DNA of 32,000 nucleotides from an uncultured Pseudomonadota bacterium (GTDB lineage: Bacteria > Babelota > Babeliae > Babelales > RVW-14), in NCBI GenBank assembly GCA_964534555.1, contig CAZHRK010000005.1, positions 1 to 32,000 of the forward strand, written 5' to 3'. The position numbers and the translations under genes are program-made. Of the stretch, positions 25,696-32,000 are shown piece by piece. How positions within the stretch are numbered: the first letter of the stretch is position 1; each line of letters starts with the position of its first letter. Below the pieces are notes generated by a model. The model did not search any database, was not told where the DNA came from, and was given only the letters and a program-made list of their open reading frames with translations.

Positions 25696-28071
25696 TTATG
25701 GGCCGGCTTGTAAATCACGCGCCTCCAGCAGGCGAGCTAATGGGATTCCATCTTCATTTGTCATACTGAGTGTTGGCTCATGCTCGCAGAGAAAACGTAC
25801 AACCTCGCGGGATGGCTTTTTTGTATGTTTCCTGAGCATAAGGCAGAGAGTCAGCGCTGCCCTGTCATGCATTTTTTCTGCTGGTGTGCAGAGCAATACA
25901 TCTGCAGTTGTGGTATTTCGTTTTTTGAGTGCGGCTTTGATAGCTCGGGCATAGATTTTTTCATCATGCTCATACAGCGCGTCTGTCTTTGTGCTGTGTT
26001 CAAGAAGTTTGATAACGCGTGACACCAGATCAGGAGTCCCCCACGCAGCACATTGGACAAGGATTGGTGCTGCTGTATCTGGCTGCGTCATGCTATCAAA
26101 CGCTGCTTGTGTTTCTGCAGTATCATCAAGCAGGCTGCAGAGGCTGGAGTTGTTTTTATGCTCCCAAAAATAATTCAGCTGGCGAGCTTTGCTTGCGTCA
26201 CCGCTGAAAAGATCAAGCCCTCGTATGAGCATGTCGGTAACGGCTTCTACACCAGCTGCTACGCCTGCAGCTGCAGTGCTTGGTAGGTGCCTTCGTGCTT
26301 CTGCAGGGTTGCTATCAAGCGCCGAAGCAATCATGTCCATGCAGTGGGTGATGGTGTCTTGATCTCTTCGTGATATAATGATTGCAAGGGGCGTTTGGTG
26401 GGCAGTGTTTTCTTGATAAAGGACTTCGGGGTGAGTTTTTGCAAGCTCGCGGAGTGATTTTTTGTACCCTTTCTCTGCGCAAAAGTGTGCAAGCGTGTTG
26501 CCAGCTTCTGTTGTCACAGTGCAGCGTGTTATGTTGCAGGATGTGATTATCCTGAGCAGTACATCATCGGTCACGCGGCTTTTAGGTTTTTGTACGTCCA
26601 GCTGCATAAGCTCACCAGCCTTTGGCCCGAGATATGCTCTCATAAGATCTTTATACACTCCTGAAAGTGCTATGCAGCGCGCATACACCTCGGGTGATCG
26701 CTCAGCTAGAGCGCCGAGTCTTGTGCGGTCGTCTGGTGTGAGTGTTGCTAAAAAATTATCTGCAATAATAAAACATGGCTCGTCGCACCACGATGCGATT
26801 CTGATAAGCAATGAATCTCTGCTTTCGATTGATCCTATGGTGCGTGTAAGCGAAGGGTGCAGCAGCGGCGAGCCTAAAAGTATTTTTAATAGCGGGAGGT
26901 CTTTGCTTGAGATTGCTGTGCAAAAAAGCTCATACACAGCATCGTCAAGAAGTTGTGTCGACCACGCTTCATGTCTTAAAAGATTTATCAGAGCATGGTT
27001 GCCCGCAATAATAGCTTTTTTTACACCATCGTACATTGCGTTTTGTACAAGTGCTGTCACATGAGTTTCTGAAAGTTTTGTGACCAGGTCGTTACACAAA
27101 AACTCTTTAATTGCTTGGCCTGCGCTTAAAGCTTTGTTTTCGTGTTTAGTGCTATGCACAGCTCGTCCGTCTCTGCGTATTTTTATTGGCTCGCCGTAGC
27201 ATGGTGCAGAGATTATCTGTGTAAGCGTCTCTCCTGATGCTTTAATTGCAGCGATAATAAAATTATCGCGCTCAGTATTAATCACCCGCGCATCCTCAAG
27301 CATTGCAGGATGAATATCATCATCAGTTAGTCCCACCCCGGGATGCGTTTCAAGATAGATGTAGAGCGGATGTCCACCGCTGCTGTGCCAGTTTATGACT
27401 GCTCCATGCTCCATAAGCGTGCGTGCAAAAAGCTCATTACTAAATCCTAGCTCTAGTGCTGTTTTACCTACTGTATTTTTTTTATTAACGTCAGCGCTGC
27501 ACTGTGTAACAAGTATTCTGACAAGTGTTTGGACTGCTGCTTTTATTGGCTCAAATCGGCTTCTTTGATAATACCCAAACGTTGGGTGCGCTGAGGTGAG
27601 TGCGTGAAGTATTGTATTACCCGATGCATCAACGATCGTACCCAGCCTTGCAAAAAAATCAGGATACACACGCTGGATAATTCTTAAAACGATTATTGAT
27701 GCAGGATAATTTGCGTAGTGCAAGGTTGTTTTTAAAAGTTCAAACATGACTTCTTGCGGATAGACAGACGCTTTGGTGCGAAATATTTCAGCAAGTGCTG
27801 ATGAAGCGTATCCTCCTGCGTTTGTTAACTCTCCGCTTGATTGATATGTCCAAAATGAGTCTTTAAAAAGAATGTTTTCTGCAGGTGGCGTCTCTTTGGG
27901 GATTGTGTAATTAAGCATGGTTCTGCTTATGTCTGTAAGGTTATACCTTCCGTCTTTTCTTCTGATCTCTGCAGTTGATCTTGATACTCGCGTCCTGAAA
28001 GTAGCTTCTGCCGCAGGATTAAGCCCTTGCATGCAGAAAAAAATACTTGCGACTAATACAAACAAAGACAT
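25696..28071 (-). CDS. Sec-signal ankyrin-repeat protein (family member 3, tandem paralogue)
   Basis: 791-aa ORF. Signal-like N-terminus MSLFVLVASIFFCMQGLNPAAEA. ANK units include GNTLAHFCAEKGYKKSLRELAK...HQTPLAII and SGNTILHALTS. Blocks shared with 22898..25627 include MFELLKTTLHYANYPASIIVLRIIQRVYPDFFARLGT and KPKSRVTDDVLLRIITSCNITRC. The RBS region AAGGAATATC..ATGTCT is conserved between the two. Confidence 0.85.
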   Translation of the reverse strand: MSLFVLVASIFFCMQGLNPAAEATFRTRVSRSTAEIRRKDGRYNLTDISRTMLNYTIPKETPPAENILFKDSFWTYQSSGELTNAGGYASSALAEIFRTKASVYPQEVMFELLKTTLHYANYPASIIVLRIIQRVYPDFFARLGTIVDASGNTILHALTSAHPTFGYYQRSRFEPIKAAVQTLVRILVTQCSADVNKKNTVGKTALELGFSNELFARTLMEHGAVINWHSSGGHPLYIYLETHPGVGLTDDDIHPAMLEDARVINTERDNFIIAAIKASGETLTQIISAPCYGEPIKIRRDGRAVHSTKHENKALSAGQAIKEFLCNDLVTKLSETHVTALVQNAMYDGVKKAIIAGNHALINLLRHEAWSTQLLDDAVYELFCTAISSKDLPLLKILLGSPLLHPSLTRTIGSIESRDSLLIRIASWCDEPCFIIADNFLATLTPDDRTRLGALAERSPEVYARCIALSGVYKDLMRAYLGPKAGELMQLDVQKPKSRVTDDVLLRIITSCNITRCTVTTEAGNTLAHFCAEKGYKKSLRELAKTHPEVLYQENTAHQTPLAIIISRRDQDTITHCMDMIASALDSNPAEARRHLPSTAAAGVAAGVEAVTDMLIRGLDLFSGDASKARQLNYFWEHKNNSSLCSLLDDTAETQAAFDSMTQPDTAAPILVQCAAWGTPDLVSRVIKLLEHSTKTDALYEHDEKIYARAIKAALKKRNTTTADVLLCTPAEKMHDRAALTLCLMLRKHTKKPSREVVRFLCEHEPTLSMTNEDGIPLARLLEARDLQAGP

Positions 28072-28329
28072 GAAGATATTCCTTTTTGCCTACGTGTTAA
28101 TAGTGCCTGCGTTATGTGTTGATGACATGGTACACACTGCACGCCACTTCATGAATAAAAAGTTTACATCTTGTATGCAACATTTGTGTTAAATCATTGT
28201 AAAAAAAGATTTCATTTGCATACGATTGGTGCTGAATTTAAGCGGTTAATTTTGGTAAGACTAAGACTCTATTTGGGTTAGTAAAAAATTGATCCTTTTG
28301 CGCATCGTGCTAAGAATGTTTGATACAGC

Positions 28330-28510
28330 GCCTCTGGGGTAATCGCAAAACAGGAGACAGGTTTTTAGGGTAGTTGCCAGACCGGAACAGGTCCTCTAGG
28401 GAAATTCCTAAACAGGAACAGGTTTAGGTTATAAATATATGGAAATACATTTTTACATTAGGCCTGTTCCTGCCTAAGACGACCCTGGCGGCCTCGATGT
28501 TCGTGCCTAA
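28330..28510. repeat. Intergenic mosaic-repeat block 10 (H units and AT core only)
   Basis: Homologous to 20336..20495. Hairpin CCTAAACAGGAACAGGTTTAGG lies at 28407..28428, and TAGGCCTGTTCCTGCCTAAG at ~28462. Confidence 0.85.
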
Positions 28511-28628
28511 GACGACCGCAGCGCAGCAGTTTCTGTTTATCACTTACCAAAATTGATACTTTGTTCTGAGCAGCACAGCGCGTTTTGTGGCTCGTGACTT
28601 TGGTTTATACACGTTATTGGTGCATACA

Positions 28629-30518
28629 ATGATCAAAAAAATAACTACGTATTTTTGTCTCTTAGGCCTTATCAGCTCAGTGCTGCGGGCAACGGATAAG
28701 ATTCATACAAACAAAACGTTTCTTATGCCGCGAAGCGTTGCATTCAATTCACCAATGATGAATACAAGCTTTGAGCAGCTGTATGGGCGTGACTCTGGTC
28801 ATGCGTATCGCACATGGTCGCGTGATCACACTAAAAAACCTCAGTCAGACCAGCAGAAAAGCAGATTTGGTCTTACTACGCAGACAACAATGTTTTATCA
28901 AGAGTCTCGCGGCGAGGCGCTGCTGTCGCGATATTTTTTAGCTGATAATCAGCAAGAAATTACACTGACATCAGTTGGTGATATTGCTGGCGCTGCAGGA
29001 TCAGCCGCGCGTGATCTTGATTATGATTATATAATTCATGACGCAACGCACCAAAAAGATTTTGGTGGGGTTACTGTTGATCGTGCTCCAGGAAACGATA
29101 ATACTGCATACCTTGGGCTTGACCCTCGGCGAATTACTCAAGGTACGCGTATGGATTTGTACTGCAACCTTGATGCCTTAGTTGCAGGGCTTTATTTTCG
29201 TGCGTCAACAGCGCTTGTTGACCTTGAGCATGATACCCGCTTGCGTGTGACAAGCAGCGAAAAATATGTTGCAACAACACTTGGGGATGAGGTTCCTGTG
29301 TCATTTGCGCTTGAGGGCTATTTTGAAGGGGTATTTGAAAACACAACACCACAAAACCGACAGGTAGCTCTTACAAAAGGTTTATTTAAGGGCAAAAATC
29401 GTCAGGTTGGATTTGCAGATATTGATTGTACGTTTGGGTATAAGATTGTATCAATCAACAGATTCAGTATGCACCTGGGTGCAGGATGTACACTGCCAAC
29501 TGGTAATAAGCCGCGCGGTGAGTATCTTTTTCAAGCTGTTGTAGGAAACGGCGGGCACTTGGGCGTTGGTGTTGATACTGATTTTCAGTTTGATGTTTGG
29601 CATGATCATGAAAATGACGTGAAGCTCTATGGTTCGGCGCGGTATCGCTACCTTTTTTCTGCGCAGCAGCAACGCACGTTGGGTTTAAAAGGGCATAAAC
29701 TTGGGCAGTATAAACTTGTTGCTGATGTGCAAGCTCCAGCGGGTGCGCCGCTGATTCCTGCTGCAAACCTTACAACGCTTGCTGTTGATGTGCTACCAGG
29801 AAGTGTCTTTGATGGCTGCCTTGGTATGAAGTATGCATGGCGCGGAGTTCAGCTCGATGCTGGGTACAATTATTATTTTAAAAACAGAGAGACGCTCACG
29901 CAGCGTGGCAGTATAGAAAAAAATCGTTATGCAATCGCTGCGCGTAAGTTTGATACCAGCTATCGATTTGGTGCTTACAGCGTGCGCGCAACAGCTCAAA
30001 GTGGAATTGCTCCTGGTGACGGTGATGCTGAGATACCAGCTCATACTCAGTATGAGATCAATCAGGGACCAACGCAGATTTCACCAGTTCTAGTTCATGA
30101 AGTGTTAGATGACGGTGTAGAAAAAGAAATTACTCTCTATGGTGATAGCCTGACTGGTGTTTTTTTGACTCCTCCATTTGGAGGTGGTCGTATTGACAAT
30201 CGAGAATCAACAGATCCGCTTGCTCGGCAAAATATTGTTGCTGCGCTTAATCGACAAGCAGCTAGGCTTCCATCAACATCTATCCCCGTTGAGCATCTTG
30301 ATGGTGCTGCGCAAGCTGTTTTTATTGATCAGCTTGTTGATGTTGTTACAGCTCGGTCACCACAGGCATCGACTCATGGCCTGTATGGCAGTGTTGGGTA
30401 TGTGTTTGATTGGAACTGCCCGTTGCTTATTGCTGGTGGTGCACAGTATGAGTTTGCTCTTGTAAATAGTGATATTGAGCAGTGGGCTGTGTGGGCGAAG
30501 ATTGGATTTGGATTTTGA
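28629..30518 (+). CDS. Outer-membrane beta-barrel protein (porin-like), family 1, paralogue of 4285..5826 with extra loop insertions
   Basis: Signal peptide MIKKITTYFCLLGLISSVLRA from ATG 28629 (the track start at 28587 is a GTG). It shares TNKTFLMPRS, ADIDCTFGYK, TLPTGN and YLFQAVVGNGGH with the 4285 gene. The C-terminus ...WAKIGFGF ends in Phe. Confidence 0.8.
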   Translation: MIKKITTYFCLLGLISSVLRATDKIHTNKTFLMPRSVAFNSPMMNTSFEQLYGRDSGHAYRTWSRDHTKKPQSDQQKSRFGLTTQTTMFYQESRGEALLSRYFLADNQQEITLTSVGDIAGAAGSAARDLDYDYIIHDATHQKDFGGVTVDRAPGNDNTAYLGLDPRRITQGTRMDLYCNLDALVAGLYFRASTALVDLEHDTRLRVTSSEKYVATTLGDEVPVSFALEGYFEGVFENTTPQNRQVALTKGLFKGKNRQVGFADIDCTFGYKIVSINRFSMHLGAGCTLPTGNKPRGEYLFQAVVGNGGHLGVGVDTDFQFDVWHDHENDVKLYGSARYRYLFSAQQQRTLGLKGHKLGQYKLVADVQAPAGAPLIPAANLTTLAVDVLPGSVFDGCLGMKYAWRGVQLDAGYNYYFKNRETLTQRGSIEKNRYAIAARKFDTSYRFGAYSVRATAQSGIAPGDGDAEIPAHTQYEINQGPTQISPVLVHEVLDDGVEKEITLYGDSLTGVFLTPPFGGGRIDNRESTDPLARQNIVAALNRQAARLPSTSIPVEHLDGAAQAVFIDQLVDVVTARSPQASTHGLYGSVGYVFDWNCPLLIAGGAQYEFALVNSDIEQWAVWAKIGFGF

Positions 30519-30539
30519 GGGGTGTAGGTAAAAGGCTCT

Positions 30540-30890
30540 GATCGAAGTCATTTAGGGTAATACCTAAAACAGGAACAGGTTTAGGTATTAAATATATTGA
30601 AATACATTATTAATAAATTATATGCGGGCGCGAGAGTTGCCCGCGCCGGCCCTATCAAACCAATATATTTGTTTTATGACGATGTCTTCTATCCCCGCTC
30701 GCCCTGAGCCTGTCGAAGGGTCTGATCGAGCGGTCATTATAATGAATGTATATTTGATATGCCAAACCTGTATCCGGTCTGGCGACTACCCCTACCGCTC
30801 GCCCTGAGCACACCCACTGCCTATAAAAGCTTTTGTTTATATTCCCGCTCGCCCTGAGCGTGCCTGCGGGTTTGATCGAGCGGACCGTCT
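30540..30890. repeat. Intergenic mosaic-repeat block 11
   Basis: Reverse A modules at 30695..30733 and 30845..30883, with a D module at ~30795..30851. H hairpins lie at ~30553 and ~30765, with an AT core at ~30585..30620. Confidence 0.9.
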
Positions 30891-31201
30891 ACGCAATTAC
30901 AAATCTCTCTTGCGAGCCTGCCAAAACTTGTTTTTCAACCAATTTTAACACCTAAAATTCTGCCGTTCATCAGCGCTCTTGATGCGTGATGTGGAGTTTT
31001 ATCAGGTCTTAAAAACGCTCCCGTGGGGGCTGATTGATCTTTGTTTTAAGAATATCGCCTTATGATCGACAACATCAAAAAACGTATAAATGTGCCCCAA
31101 AACGCATATTTAATAATCTATAAATTATTAAATGAATAAAAATTAATACTTTATGAGTTATAAAATTGGGCTTTTTCTAAAGGTATTTTTATTCAAAAAA
31201 A

Positions 31202-31230
31202 TTGAAAAACAATCACTTATACATTATTAT
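31202..31230 (+). promoter_or_regulatory. Sigma70-like promoter candidate of the mobile-mystery A/B operon
   Basis: TTGAAA 31202..31207, a 17-nt spacer, then TATTAT 31225..31230 (TATAAT also present at 31228..31233). AGGTGA precedes ATG 31264. Confidence 0.45.
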
Positions 31231-31263
31231 AATTTTGTAGGGTAATAACGTATAGGTGATTAT

Positions 31264-31740
31264 ATGTCTCGTTTTTATAAAAAAATGATGCGCTCGCATA
31301 TGCAGGAAGAGCTTAATGATTTAGGCACGCTGATGCGTAAGCCAGCACCTAAAAAAGGGTGGATTCATAGTATTAGGCAAGCGCTGGGGATTTCAGGGTA
31401 CGACCTTGCAAAGCGCCTTGGGTGTGCTCAGTCAAACGTTGCCGCCATGGAAAAACGCGAGCAGGCAGGCACCATAACATTACAGAGCCTTGAAGAGGCT
31501 GCAAAAGCGATGAACTGTCGATTTGTGTATGCGTTTGTACCAGAAAAACCGCTTGATGAAATCCGAGAAGATCAAGCGCGCAAAGTTGTGCGTCGCCGAC
31601 TCAACAGAATTAAGCACACGATGGTTCTTGAGCAGCAGGGATTGAGTCATCAGCAACAAAAGCACCAAGAAGATGATCTTGTGCGTAAGCTTCTTGAAAG
31701 TGGTTCTGGAAAATTATGGAATGAAGATGATGAAGTTTGA
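31264..31740 (+). CDS. Mobile mystery protein A (XRE-type HTH protein, TIGR02612-like)
   Basis: 158-aa ORF. KKGWIHSIRQALGISGYDLAKRLGCAQSNVAAMEKREQAGTITLQSLEEAAKAMNCRFVYAFVP matches the family pattern as I recall it. It is followed by an overlapping Fic-type gene. Confidence 0.8.
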   Translation: MSRFYKKMMRSHMQEELNDLGTLMRKPAPKKGWIHSIRQALGISGYDLAKRLGCAQSNVAAMEKREQAGTITLQSLEEAAKAMNCRFVYAFVPEKPLDEIREDQARKVVRRRLNRIKHTMVLEQQGLSHQQQKHQEDDLVRKLLESGSGKLWNEDDEV

Positions 31741-32000
31741 TTTTCCTGAGGGTGCAACTCCACTTGATCATGATGAAGCAGTTGATTTAATTCCTCACCA
31801 CATTACAACACAACAGCAACTTAATGCCTGGGAAGCGCATAATATTTTGATGGGGGAGCGCTGGGCGCGCAAGCAAAAAGAGATTTTATCGATTGATTTT
31901 ATACAGGCACTTCATAAACACATGTTTAATAAAACATGGAAATGGGCGGGACATTTTCGTCACACCGATAAAAATATCGGTGTTGATTGGGCTCAGATTT
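31721..32000 (+). CDS. Mobile mystery protein B (Fic-domain protein, TIGR02613-like), 5' part; runs off the window
   Basis: My own translation of the open frame gives MKMMKFDFPEGATPLDHDEAVDLIPHHITTQQQLNAWEAHNILMGERWA...LHKHMFNKTWKWAGHFRHTDKNIGV, a typical N-terminal region of Fic proteins of this family. The start is ambiguous (ATG at 31721, 31727 or 31730), and there is no stop before 32000. Confidence 0.75.
   Translation, partial: MKMMKFDFPEGATPLDHDEAVDLIPHHITTQQQLNAWEAHNILMGERWARKQKEILSIDFIQALHKHMFNKTWKWAGHFRHTDKNIGVDWAQI

Noticed and set aside
31264-32000. The 'mobile mystery' pair as evidence of a transposon or integrative element at the right edge of the window.
   Set aside because: The family name is historical. 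The pair behaves like an HTH/Fic (TA-like) module. No integrase, transposase or terminal repeats are visible within the window.
1-32000. tRNA, rRNA or tmRNA genes, and insertion sequences with a transposase.
   Set aside because: Scanning by eye found no cloverleaf-type T-arm motifs (GGTTCGAATCC-like), no rRNA-like conserved stretches and no transposase-like ORF. A dedicated tool (tRNAscan-SE, Infernal, ISfinder) should confirm this.

Overview
This is a bacterial, Gram-negative-type chromosomal segment whose taxon I cannot assign from the sequence alone. I support 19 protein-coding genes and one gene remnant. They comprise three beta-barrel outer-membrane proteins, two very large Ala/Gly-rich secreted paralogues, three Sec-signal ankyrin-repeat paralogues and an AAA ATPase of the DUF4143 type. 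The rest are a small GIY-YIG nuclease and a dense set of toxin-antitoxin/Fic modules: MNT/HEPN, an orphan MNT, AbrB-type antitoxin/Doc, DUF4160/DUF2442 and mobile mystery proteins A/B. This gene content is typical of host-associated or intracellular bacteria (inference). The most unusual property is non-coding. Nearly every intergenic gap, about 7 kb or roughly a fifth of the window by eye, is filled with a modular mosaic repeat system built from five kinds of unit. (A) is a 39-bp imperfect palindrome, CCGCTCGATCAAACCC[TTCGACAAGC or GCAGGCACGC]TCAGGGCGAGCGG, with 28 full copies located by eye. (H) is a set of about 60 short hairpins that share the loop AGGAACAG but use at least five different stems. 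(AT) is an AT-rich core resembling TATAAATATATGGAATTCATATTTTAT, flanked by inverted H units in a REPIN-like doublet. (C, D) are connector modules. (S) is a ~270-bp GC-rich, heavily base-paired element with three near-identical copies and one divergent copy that carries compensatory stem changes. The GIY-YIG gene sits exactly between two inverted A modules, and a HEPN toxin gene has been truncated by a repeat unit. I recognised no rRNA, tRNA, CRISPR array or transposase gene.
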